Below are positions 38,550-47,765 of a stretch of DNA of 64,000 nucleotides, piece by piece. This DNA is from an uncultured Gammaproteobacteria bacterium (GTDB taxonomy: Bacteria; Patescibacteriota; Microgenomatia; Levybacterales; UBA12049), in NCBI GenBank assembly GCA_964416445.1, contig CAYQEE010000001.1, forward strand, positions 131,676 to 195,675, written 5' to 3'. Under the pieces are notes generated by a model. The model did not search any database. It saw only the letters and a program-made list of their open reading frames with translations, and was not told the DNA's origin. The position numbers and the translations under genes were made by a program. Position 1 is the first letter of the stretch, and every line of letters begins with the position of its first letter.

Positions 38550-39552
38550 AGAAATCATCAGTAAAACAAGTTGGAATGCTTTTTTAGAACTTATTCCAGC
38601 GGAAAATTATCCTTTTTTCCAAACATGGAATTGGGGAGAGATTCAAAAAAATAACGGATTTCCTATTATCCGGCTAGGTATATATGATGAAAATAAATTA
38701 GTTGGTATTTGTTTAGTTGTTGATATTAATGCAAAACGAGGTCACTATTTCCATTTGCGTCATGGGCCCGTCTTGCTTGATTTTGAAAAATATTTCGATC
38801 CCTTAATCGGGTATATAACAAAACAAGCACAAGCGAAGAACGCTGCATTTTTGCGAATAAGTCCGCTTTTAAAAAAAGATACACTTTTTTTAGATTTTTT
38901 TATAAAACGAAAATTTCGATACGCACCTATTCATAATATGGATGCAGAGATTTGTTCATTGTTGAATATTCAAAAATCTGAACAGGAATTGTTAAGTGGA
39001 ATGAGGAAATCTCATCGGTATTTGATAAAAAAAGCGAAAACGATGACAATTAGCATTCGTAAAAGTACGGACAAAAAAGATATAGAAAATTTTTTGCAGC
39101 TCTATGAAGATTTTTCATCCAAAAAGCATTTTGTTGCGCATAAGGGAATTCTTGAGGAATTTACCGTATTACAGAAAGATGATGAAATTGCTTTATTTCT
39201 TGCTACCTACGAAGAAAAAATTATAGCAGGAATTCTTATCGATTATATTGGTCCTGTTGCCATTTATCATCATGCAGCAAGCAATGCGCAATATCGTAAT
39301 ATTCCTGCAAATTATTTGCTTCTATGGGAAGCTATTATTGAAGCGAAAAAGCGGAACAAATTGTATTTTAACCTCTGGGGAATTGCTCCGACAGAAAGTA
39401 AAAAACATCCTTGGAGTGGGTTTACTCTTTTTAAGACTGGCTTTGGTGGCGAACGAGTAGAATTTTTGCATGCTATGGATTTACCTTTATCGCAATCGTA
39501 CTGGAAAACATATGTTATCGACTGGATAACAAAGAAACGAAAAGGATACTAA
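38518..39552 (+). CDS. FemAB-family aminoacyl-tRNA-dependent peptidoglycan peptidyltransferase
   Basis: The N-terminus '[31 protein letters not shown]' matches the FemABX consensus. Size is 344 aa. Confidence 0.6.
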   Translation: MISSNNMIQIKEIISKTSWNAFLELIPAENYPFFQTWNWGEIQKNNGFPIIRLGIYDENKLVGICLVVDINAKRGHYFHLRHGPVLLDFEKYFDPLIGYITKQAQAKNAAFLRISPLLKKDTLFLDFFIKRKFRYAPIHNMDAEICSLLNIQKSEQELLSGMRKSHRYLIKKAKTMTISIRKSTDKKDIENFLQLYEDFSSKKHFVAHKGILEEFTVLQKDDEIALFLATYEEKIIAGILIDYIGPVAIYHHAASNAQYRNIPANYLLLWEAIIEAKKRNKLYFNLWGIAPTESKKHPWSGFTLFKTGFGGERVEFLHAMDLPLSQSYWKTYVIDWITKKRKGY

Positions 39553-39625
39553 ATATAAACAGATTTTATTGTTCTGCTTTGATCACTTGCAAAACCGTAG
39601 TGCATTTGTTAGGATCAAATTCACT

Positions 39626-40774
39626 ATGCTAATCAAACCTCAAAATTCTAACTTCGCTAAGATCCGAGTCGTTGGGGTTGGCGGTGGAGGCAATAACGCT
39701 TTAAATTCCATGATTTCTCAGAGTCAAATTCAAGGAGTTGATTTCATTTCCGTGAATACAGATGCACAAGCATTACTGCATGCGCAAGCAACATCAACAA
39801 AATTACAAATTGGTGAAAAATTGACAAAAGGTTTGGGAAGTGGTGGAGATCCTGACATAGGAAAACAAGCAGCTGAAGAATCTGCGGAAAAAATAAAAGA
39901 CATGTTAGAAGGATCCGATATGGTTTTCCTTGCAGCTGGTATGGGGGGAGGGACGGGTACTGGTGCTGCACCAATTATTGCCAGAATATCTAAAGAGCTT
40001 GGTGCATTAACCATCGCAGTGGTAACAAAACCATTTACTTTTGAAGGCACCCGTCGAATGGTAAATGCTGAGGATGGCATCGAAAACTTAAAAGATAAGG
40101 TTGATACGCTTATTGTTATTCCAAATCAGCGGATTCTTGATGTCGTTGATAAAAAAGTTTCACTTCTGGAAGCTTTCCGAGTCGCTGATTCAGTACTTTC
40201 TCAAGGAGTTCAAGGAATATCAGATCTTATTACTATGCCTGGACTCATTAACGTCGATTTTGCTGACGTTCGAACGATTATGACAAACGCGGGATCGGCA
40301 TTAATGGGTATCGGTACTGGTTCAGGAGATGGAAGAGCGCAAAATGCTGCTCGAGCTGCTGTTGCATCGCCACTTCTTGAAATTTCTATGGATGGAGCTC
40401 GCGGAGTTCTCTTTAATATTACTGGAGGAGCAGACCTCACGATGAATGAAGTTGATGAAGCAGCAAAAATTATTGCTGATGCAGCAGATCCCGATGCTAA
40501 TATCATTTTTGGCACGGCTATAGACGAATCACTCAAAGATCAAATCAAAATTACTGTTATAGCGACAGGATTTGATTCAACAAAAAGCCGATTAAAAGAA
40601 TTTATGCCCGCCTACGGAGTAAATTACCAAAATCAAGAACAACAATCATCAGTGCAAAAACCAAAACCACAACAAGCACCGCAGCCGCAACAAATGGTAA
40701 ATGAACCAGAATCTACTGAACAAACTGATGAGGAAGTTTGGGATATCCCCGCGTTTCTTAGACAAAAGAATTAA
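39626..40774 (+). CDS. ftsZ: Cell division GTPase FtsZ; start at the internal ATG at 39626
   Basis: '[17 protein letters not shown]' and the tubulin signature '[13 protein letters not shown]'. The C-terminus is Gln/Pro-rich. Confidence 0.9.
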   Translation: MLIKPQNSNFAKIRVVGVGGGGNNALNSMISQSQIQGVDFISVNTDAQALLHAQATSTKLQIGEKLTKGLGSGGDPDIGKQAAEESAEKIKDMLEGSDMVFLAAGMGGGTGTGAAPIIARISKELGALTIAVVTKPFTFEGTRRMVNAEDGIENLKDKVDTLIVIPNQRILDVVDKKVSLLEAFRVADSVLSQGVQGISDLITMPGLINVDFADVRTIMTNAGSALMGIGTGSGDGRAQNAARAAVASPLLEISMDGARGVLFNITGGADLTMNEVDEAAKIIADAADPDANIIFGTAIDESLKDQIKITVIATGFDSTKSRLKEFMPAYGVNYQNQEQQSSVQKPKPQQAPQPQQMVNEPESTEQTDEEVWDIPAFLRQKN

Positions 40775-41102
40775 TTCATAGTATATCTTCGTTAATCGTT
40801 CAGCTTTAGGTATAGGAGTTAATCTATACAGAATAGGGAATTGATTAAACTGTGTTGCTTGAAAAATAACCTATAATATTCTATACTTAACTTACGATAT
40901 CTATGATAAAAGCTGAACGAGGAGGACCACAACATATACTTTCTAGCCTTGTGGGAAAAGTGATTATCCCAAATCATTCGCTGAAGATTCGTAACTTGGA
41001 TACTGCTTGGAAATTTCCTCGAAGATCTGTTGAAGAATTGACGACTGATATTCGGAGAGTCAGAAGTTAGCTCTTGTTTCAGAAATATGCGGTATTGCGA
41101 GT

Positions 41103-41309
41103 ATGGCTGTCAGTTTATTGGGTGCAGGAATAGCTCTTGCTTCAGGAGAGACAGCAACTGCTGGGATGGTGCTTATTGGATTTGGAGCATCTGCCTCATC
41201 ACTCGGGATCCCAAAAATGATCAATGATGATTCAATAGAACGTTCTCATGAAATTGCCAGACAGATCAGTCAAAATGAAGCTACCAGACGATGGATTAAT
41301 CGTCGTTAG
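41103..41309 (+). CDS. Possible small membrane protein
   Basis: 68 aa with a Gly/Ala-rich hydrophobic N-terminal half. No homology recognised. Confidence 0.3.
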   Translation: MAVSLLGAGIALASGETATAGMVLIGFGASASSLGIPKMINDDSIERSHEIARQISQNEATRRWINRR

Positions 41310-41318
41310 CTTTTCTTC

Positions 41319-41795
41319 TTATTTCTTCCACGCATTGAGAGTTTGACGCATGATGGCTAATTCTCCCAGATGATATGCGTTATGATCAGCAACAAGATGA
41401 AATTCTCTCAGATATGTTTGATGTGTTCCTTGAGGTATTTTCGCAGTAAGATCTATTGTCTCATCAAGTGCTAATTCTTGAAGTTTTTTGCGATCTGCAA
41501 TGAATTCCTCTACTGTTTTATCCCATTCATTTTTTGTAACCATATCGTTTACAGAGGGCCAATAATCATCTGGCCATTTTGGTTCATTATAATGAGGATT
41601 TACCATAAAATCGAGAATATCATGTTGGGTAAATCGCATATGTTCGATTAATGCCCACGCAGAATAGGTACCATTCGGAAAAATAGTATTCATAGCAGGT
41701 TTCGGAAACCCTTTTACTGCTTCTTCAAAAGGCATATGTGCTTGATCGCCACGTAACAAATGAACAATATTTTCTCTGATTACTTTTACATCCAT
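41319..41795 (-). CDS. DinB/YfiT-like four-helix-bundle metal-dependent hydrolase superfamily protein
   Basis: His-containing helices 'WALIEHMRFTQHDILDF' and 'HNAYHLGELAIMRQ'. Confidence 0.5.
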   Translation of the reverse strand: MDVKVIRENIVHLLRGDQAHMPFEEAVKGFPKPAMNTIFPNGTYSAWALIEHMRFTQHDILDFMVNPHYNEPKWPDDYWPSVNDMVTKNEWDKTVEEFIADRKKLQELALDETIDLTAKIPQGTHQTYLREFHLVADHNAYHLGELAIMRQTLNAWKK

Positions 41796-41895
41796 ACATC
41801 TCTTATAATCAATTATGATAAAAAATGCAACAATATCTTTATTTTCTTACGAAAAACGAGAGATATCTCCCGCTTTTCGAAGAAAAGTAATCTGA

Positions 41896-42171
41896 TTAGT
41901 TTGCCCCTTCGCCATCAGAAGTACCTATCTGGTCATTTTCTTGGGTATCAGTTTTTTGTGAAACTGATTGTGATGGCTTTGGACTTATACCATCATCTTG
42001 TACTTCTTGATCTTGAACTGACACAACATTTTGCTTTGGTGACACTTGGGCCTGAACAGAAGTTGGTCCAAGATGGGCCACTGTAAATATGGTTGCTACG
42101 ATGCCTATGATGCCAAATGTAAGTATTGGTATCGTAATTTTTTTCAGTATTTTTTCTTTCATTGCTATCAC
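41896..42171 (-). CDS. Small protein with an N-terminal TM anchor and an acidic, Gln/Ser-rich tail
   Basis: 91 aa. 'IPILTFGIIGIVATIFTVA' is hydrophobic. Confidence 0.35.
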   Translation of the reverse strand: MIAMKEKILKKITIPILTFGIIGIVATIFTVAHLGPTSVQAQVSPKQNVVSVQDQEVQDDGISPKPSQSVSQKTDTQENDQIGTSDGEGAN

Positions 42172-42236
42172 CTCCTTTCTCTAAAACTATATATAATTTT
42201 CAATGGGAAGAACGTGAGAATACTATGAAGATACTG

Positions 42237-43241
42237 CTATTTTGGTAATACAATCGTAAAAGTCGAGCCCTTTCCTTCTTGAGAAGATACGGATACTTTT
42301 CCATGATGTTTTACGACTGCTGATTTGACAATTGCGAGTCCAAGTCCATAGCCTTTTGTCTCTCCGCGTGAAGTATCAACGCGGAAAAATCGGTCAAATA
42401 TTTTTTTTTGATTTTCTTTTGTAATACCAATTCCTGTGTCGTGAATAGAGACAACAATAGTATTTTTTGCATCAACTAATAGAATCGTTATTTTTCCGTA
42501 AGGAGGAGTGTACATAATTGCATTGTTGAGAAGATTATAAAATAATTGTCTCAGTAGAGTATAATGACCTCGTATCGTTGGGGGAGTAGCAATAGTGTCT
42601 TTTGTTGTAAAAGTAACAGCTAAATGTTTTTTCTTGCTCTTCAATAAAAGAGATTGATTAACCTCATAAATTAAATCAATGATATCAACATATTCTGTGT
42701 GCCGTACTGTATTGTTTTGGTCATTCTTTGCTAAAAAGAGTAAGTTTTTAATCAATTGAGATAATCTATCTGTTTCTTCTTTAATACTCACAAATGTTCT
42801 CTTATAATGATTAATAGCATGTTCTTTATGGAGTATTATTTCTATTTCACCGCTGATAATAGAAAGTGGTGTACGCATCTCGTGTGATACATCAGAAACA
42901 AATTGCTTTTGTTGTTCATAGATTATTTGAATTGGAGAAAGTGTTTGTTTCGCAAGGAAAAAAGATGCAATAGGAATAAGTACTAGAAGTCCCCCATTAA
43001 GAAAAATAAGAATAGTAGCTAGTTTATCGAGAGCAACATCCCCAGCAATGGTTATCATCTTGCTGTTTGTCTTTCCTACAATATCCTTCTCGGATCCTTG
43101 TTTTTGTTGTACCTGGCTAATATATCCTTCACCAACTGAGTTGTCCATCCAGGTATACAGACCAAAGCTAAATATCCAAAAAAGGAGTAAAAAAAGTAGT
43201 GAATAGAAAATAGTAAGTTTAATTTGTGCATGGTGAAACAT
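42237..43241 (-). CDS. Two-component sensor histidine kinase
   Basis: Two N-terminal TM helices. H-box 'VSHEMRTPLSIISGEIE'. HATPase G-box 'GYGLGLAIVKS'. Confidence 0.8.
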   Translation of the reverse strand: MFHHAQIKLTIFYSLLFLLLFWIFSFGLYTWMDNSVGEGYISQVQQKQGSEKDIVGKTNSKMITIAGDVALDKLATILIFLNGGLLVLIPIASFFLAKQTLSPIQIIYEQQKQFVSDVSHEMRTPLSIISGEIEIILHKEHAINHYKRTFVSIKEETDRLSQLIKNLLFLAKNDQNNTVRHTEYVDIIDLIYEVNQSLLLKSKKKHLAVTFTTKDTIATPPTIRGHYTLLRQLFYNLLNNAIMYTPPYGKITILLVDAKNTIVVSIHDTGIGITKENQKKIFDRFFRVDTSRGETKGYGLGLAIVKSAVVKHHGKVSVSSQEGKGSTFTIVLPK

Positions 43242-43242
43242 G

Positions 43243-43916
43243 TTATGTTACTTTCATAATATAACCTGAGCCTCGCATCGTATAAATTAACTCTTTATCT
43301 TGTGATTTTGTTTGTAATTTTTTACGAAGATATTTCACATAGGTTTCTACAATATTGGAAAGTCCTTGATAATTATAATCCCAGACATGTTCTAATAGTT
43401 CAGTTTTTGTAATAACTTGATTTACGTGACGCATGAAATATTCAAGCAGTGCATATTCTCGTGTCGTCAAAATAATAGTCTTATTTCCTCTTTTTGCCAT
43501 TCGCGTTGCGGGGTCTAGGGTGAGTGTATCAATTTTCAGAAGCACAGGATCAGCTTTTTTACCTCGTCTTATCAGAGCTCTAATTCTTGCAGAAAGTTCT
43601 GAGAAGGCGAAGGGTTTTGTTAAATAGTCATCTCCGCCCGCATCGAGTCCTGTTACACGATCTTCAATTGCGTCTTTTGCTGTAAGCATAAGAATGGGAA
43701 TATGTGTGTTTTTGGTTCGAATAGATCGACAAACATACATACCGTCACCATGTGGTAACATAATATCGAGTATAATACAATCATAATTGTTTATTGCGAA
43801 TTTATATAAGCTTCTTCACCAGAGGATGCAATATCAACCACATAGCTTTCTTCCATAAGGCCACGTCTAATAAATTTTGCGATTTTTACTTCATCTTCAG
43901 CTATCAATATTTGCAT
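43243..43916 (-). pseudogene. OmpR-family response regulator interrupted by an apparent single-base frameshift inside the receiver domain, near 43790-43800. It may be a pseudogene or a sequencing indel
   Basis: The upstream piece (43791-43916) reads 'MQILIAEDEVKIAKFIRRGLMEESYVVDIASSGEEAYINSQ*'. Upstream of the downstream ORF's ATG, its frame reads '...NNYDCIYLDIMLPHGDG' followed by 'LTAKD ... wHTH'. Together they form a complete receiver plus winged-helix domain. Confidence 0.5.
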
Positions 43917-43999
43917 TATGTTATAATAGCTCGAGGAACATGAAAATAAAATGAGAAATTCCCATGCTATTCTCATAATCAGGTTTCTATAATTTATTT

Positions 44000-44812
44000 A
44001 TGAATCTACTCAAAAACTGGCAGGGGAAAAAAACAGCAGCAATTGGTCGTAAAATTTTAAATAAGGTTCCAGAGGTTACTTTGTATTTTTGGTTAATTAA
44101 AATTTTATGCACCACTGTAGGTGAAACCGCAGCGGATTACCTTAATTCTACGTTGAATTTTGGTTTAACTGGAACGACAGTAATCATGAGCATCCTTTTT
44201 CTTATCACTCTCTTCTTTCAATTTCGATCGCGGAAATATATTCCTGGAATATATTGGCTCGCTGTTGTTTTGATTAGTGTTGTTGGTACCCTCATTACTG
44301 ATAATCTGACCGATAAGCTTGGTATCAGTTTGATAACAACGACCGTTGTTTTTGGAGTTATCCTGGGGTTAGTTTTTACAGTATGGTATAAATTTGAAAA
44401 GACCTTATCGATTCATACAATTTCAAAAATGCGTCGTGAAGGATTTTATTGGCTTGCTATTCTCTTTACATTTGCACTTGGAACTGCGGCCGGAGATCTT
44501 GCTGCAGAGCGACTCAATATCGGTTATTTGAATTCTGCAATCATGTTTGGTGCGTTGATTCTTGTCATAGCTATTGCACATATGCGGTTTAAATTACCGG
44601 CAGTTTTATCCTTCTGGCTTGCATATATCTTAACCCGTCCTCTTGGAGCGTCAATTGGGGATTATTTATCACAGCCTCGTGAAAATGGTGGGTTAAGTTT
44701 AGGGACCGTAACTACCAGCGGTATATTTCTATTTACCATTTTCGTCACGGTACTCTATCTTACCTTCACCAAAAAAGAAGCAGTTGCTACCAGTGAAGAG
44801 GCCCTTGGATAA
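44000..44812 (+). CDS. Hypothetical polytopic membrane protein
   Basis: 270 aa with about 7 TM helices and no recognised motif. Confidence 0.5.
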   Translation: MNLLKNWQGKKTAAIGRKILNKVPEVTLYFWLIKILCTTVGETAADYLNSTLNFGLTGTTVIMSILFLITLFFQFRSRKYIPGIYWLAVVLISVVGTLITDNLTDKLGISLITTTVVFGVILGLVFTVWYKFEKTLSIHTISKMRREGFYWLAILFTFALGTAAGDLAAERLNIGYLNSAIMFGALILVIAIAHMRFKLPAVLSFWLAYILTRPLGASIGDYLSQPRENGGLSLGTVTTSGIFLFTIFVTVLYLTFTKKEAVATSEEALG

Positions 44813-45003
44813 CAAAGAGAAAAAATTATTTACCCAGTCTTACCCTTTATATTCAATACTTGCTTGATATAGCTTGCTTCGTTATAAAGAATATTATGTA
44901 ATATTTGCGCATATATGAAAAAATATCGTTTTGTCAAAGAAATATTACCACTATATACTTTAATTTCTTTAGTGGCTGTTGTAGAGTAATAGTATACCGT
45001 GAC

Positions 45004-46479
45004 ATGAAACATGCAAATCGTAAGCGCAAGAAAAAAAATCAAGGAATGAAGCTTTCTCTTTTACTCAGTATCATTTTGTTATTTTTTCTCTGTTTAGCGT
45101 TAACTATTGCTTTATTCTTCCTACAACTTCCACAAGATATTCGTCAACATGCTGCTGGGCCAACAACATATGGTACGTGTAGTGGTTCAAGCCCTTCGCA
45201 GAGTGGTAATTGTTACGCTACGCCCAATTCGTGTGCCTCGCAAGGGTTAACTCAATACTATTCATCATTTGTTCCCCAGATCACCCAATGTGGACAACAA
45301 GCATACCTTGCAGGCGTAACTGCTGGTACATCGGTTAGCTGTTGCCCGAATCAACCGAACGGCTATCCCAACTCCTACGGATCTTGTGGAGCAACAAACC
45401 AAGGTACCTGTACGAGCAGTGCTTGTGTTGGAACGCCACTATATACTGATACCGTTCCTACGCAATGTTCCTATAATGGTTCTCAGGCGGCATTAGCAGT
45501 TGGGACACAAATGTACTGTTGTTCATTACCACCAACGCCTACCCCAACTCCAACGATTGATCCGTGCTCAACATTACAGTTAAATCCCAATTGTGCTATA
45601 ACAGCGAACAAGAGCGGTAATTTTTGTGGCGGGAATGCTCCTCCGAGTAATTGTCAGTTAGGAGGTAATGCAAATACGCTGTATTCATGTCAATGTAATG
45701 CCCAAGGTAAGAACTGCGTGATGGTTAGTTCTCAGAATTGTGCACAATCACAAAATGGTGCGTGTATTGTCATTCCTGGTGGGGTAAACGCAGACCACTG
45801 TGGCACAGTTTCACCTCCTCCCGTTGCCGCAGCATTCTCGTTCAACCTTACTGGTATTGGACCAGGAGGAAATAAAAACCCGGGACGCAAAACGCGGACC
45901 TTTTTTCTCTATTTCTCTCCTCATCAATTTGCCAGTGCGTTACTTGCTCAAAATACGAATCAACGAGTGTTAGGTACCCAAGTGATCAAGGTTTCTGGCA
46001 CTGCGACCTATAATGCTTCAGCTGGAGGGTTTCAAGCTTCAAATATTTCCCTTGCTGCAGTTCCCGCGGGGCAATATGATGTAATTCTTCATGTCGATGG
46101 ATCACTCGATAAATTTTTACAACCTATTGGCGGCGCACCATATTTTACTATTACGAATGGTCAGCCAATTACGCCGAGTTCAGTTTCTCTTTCAGGAGGA
46201 GATATTGCCCCTCCTCCTTCAGGTGATAATTTTGTTGATATTCAAGATTATAATGCGCTGATTACCTGTATGAACAATGTCAATTGTGCAAATAAAACAT
46301 TAGCAGATATTAATGATGATGGAATTGTAGATGGAACAGATTTACAGCTTCTCCTGCAGTCTTTTGGTCAGTTGGGTGATAGTTTTAGTAGTCCCTTATT
46401 CGGTTGTGTTCTTGACCCAAATTGTAAAACGGGGGGAGGTACGATACAATTTTGTCAGTTGGTTTGTAAAATACAATGA
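45004..46479 (+). CDS. Cys-rich secreted protein with a Pro-Thr linker and a C-terminal dockerin-like domain; start at the ATG at 45004
   Basis: Signal/TM 'LSLLLSIILLFFLCLALTIALFF', many Cys, and 'PPTPTPTPTPTIDP'. The dockerin-type repeat is 'DINDDGIVDGTDLQLLLQSFGQ', with a weaker preceding repeat 'GDNFVDIQDYNALI'. Confidence 0.55.
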   Translation: MKHANRKRKKKNQGMKLSLLLSIILLFFLCLALTIALFFLQLPQDIRQHAAGPTTYGTCSGSSPSQSGNCYATPNSCASQGLTQYYSSFVPQITQCGQQAYLAGVTAGTSVSCCPNQPNGYPNSYGSCGATNQGTCTSSACVGTPLYTDTVPTQCSYNGSQAALAVGTQMYCCSLPPTPTPTPTIDPCSTLQLNPNCAITANKSGNFCGGNAPPSNCQLGGNANTLYSCQCNAQGKNCVMVSSQNCAQSQNGACIVIPGGVNADHCGTVSPPPVAAAFSFNLTGIGPGGNKNPGRKTRTFFLYFSPHQFASALLAQNTNQRVLGTQVIKVSGTATYNASAGGFQASNISLAAVPAGQYDVILHVDGSLDKFLQPIGGAPYFTITNGQPITPSSVSLSGGDIAPPPSGDNFVDIQDYNALITCMNNVNCANKTLADINDDGIVDGTDLQLLLQSFGQLGDSFSSPLFGCVLDPNCKTGGGTIQFCQLVCKIQ

Positions 46480-47042
46480 ACAATATGGTAATGAAAAAAT
46501 ATACTCCTCTTTTTATGGTAATTACCGTACTTGTGGCAATACTTATTTTTTTTATTATTCAAAAAAGCAGTCATGATATTTTTACAACTGCAATCGCGAC
46601 TCCCACACCGTATGTTGTTTCCGTAACACCTATTTCGCCAAACGCTGTTGCCACACTTTCATTAAAGCAGGAACAACAAAATACCGTAACAGTTCACATC
46701 GATAGTCAGAATAAGCCGGTTACTGCGGTACAACTCGCATTATCATACAATCCACAAGTATTATCTTCGGTTACCATAAACCCTGGTCAATTTTTTACAA
46801 ATCCTGTTGTGTTAAGTAATACTGTTGATCCACATAAGAAAATGATATTTTATGTGCTAGCGATTCGGCCAAATCAGCAGCCACCAACAGGGATAGGTGA
46901 TCTCGCAACGATTACCTATACCGTTAATTTTGGTGTTGCTAGCACTATTTCCTTAGAATTTTTGCCTCAAACGAAGATAACAGAACTTGGTATAGAAGAA
47001 TCAATATTGAAAAGAGCAACAGGAATTGAAATTCCAATATAA
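46476..47042 (+). CDS. Membrane-anchored cohesin-like domain protein
   Basis: An N-terminal TM helix, a Pro/Thr linker, then 'VTAVQLALSYNPQVLSSVTINPGQFF', which resembles the cohesin YDPxxLE core. It overlaps the dockerin gene by 4 nt. Confidence 0.45.
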   Translation: MNNMVMKKYTPLFMVITVLVAILIFFIIQKSSHDIFTTAIATPTPYVVSVTPISPNAVATLSLKQEQQNTVTVHIDSQNKPVTAVQLALSYNPQVLSSVTINPGQFFTNPVVLSNTVDPHKKMIFYVLAIRPNQQPPTGIGDLATITYTVNFGVASTISLEFLPQTKITELGIEESILKRATGIEIPI

Positions 47043-47053
47043 ACGGAGAAATG

Positions 47054-47434
47054 TTATTTTATAAGGGATTTTAAGTGAGCTCCAATAACTTTCGTTGAAA
47101 TAACACCAATGATATTTCCTTCTTTCATAACCATCAATCTTCGAATTTTATATTTTGTTAAAATTTCTGCAGCTTCTAACACATCGGTGTTGTGATCAAT
47201 CATAATCAAAGGATAATTTTTAATTCGATCAACCTCAATATTATCTGCCTCTTTGCCACGAGCAAGTACTCGTTCAATAATATCTCCTTGAGTAACAATA
47301 CCGACAATATCGTCGTTTGTTCCGACAAGAAGAGAGCCTACTTTTTTTTCGGCCATCAATCGTGCTGCATCTCTGGCAGTAGCTTGTGGGCTAATATAAT
47401 ACAGCTGGGTATACATGATATCTTTTACTTTCAT
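47054..47434 (-). CDS. CBS-domain pair protein
   Basis: Two CBS motifs, 'VGSLLVGTNDDIVGIVTQGDI' and 'IRRLMVMKEGNIIGVIS'. Confidence 0.75.
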   Translation of the reverse strand: MKVKDIMYTQLYYISPQATARDAARLMAEKKVGSLLVGTNDDIVGIVTQGDIIERVLARGKEADNIEVDRIKNYPLIMIDHNTDVLEAAEILTKYKIRRLMVMKEGNIIGVISTKVIGAHLKSLIK

Positions 47435-47765
47435 GGCTGTACTTTCCTTTCTTGGATAATATCAGACGAATCTTATTAATGCAAGTGGAATTAATAAGCA
47501 AAACGATAAAGTGATTTTTCTCGGTAATCATGAAAATAACAGTAATTTTGTAGCGAAAGTGTCGTATTTCAACGAACTTATTATGCCATTTCTCTCTGGA
47601 CCTTGAAATTTTACAAAAATCCTTATATAATGAATTTATCCTTATTAATAGTGCAGAAGACATGAGGTCTTAAAACCCTAGTCATATCGGCTAGGCTTTC
47701 TTTTTTAAAAGCCGCAGAACGCAGACATAGGTTAATTTGAATCGTAAGGTAAATAAGAGAAGAAT

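Noticed and set aside
40903-41067. 54-aa plus-strand ORF in the ftsZ-downstream intergenic region
   Set aside because: It is below the ORF-track threshold and has no recognisable motif or obvious RBS. It could be real but is unsupported.
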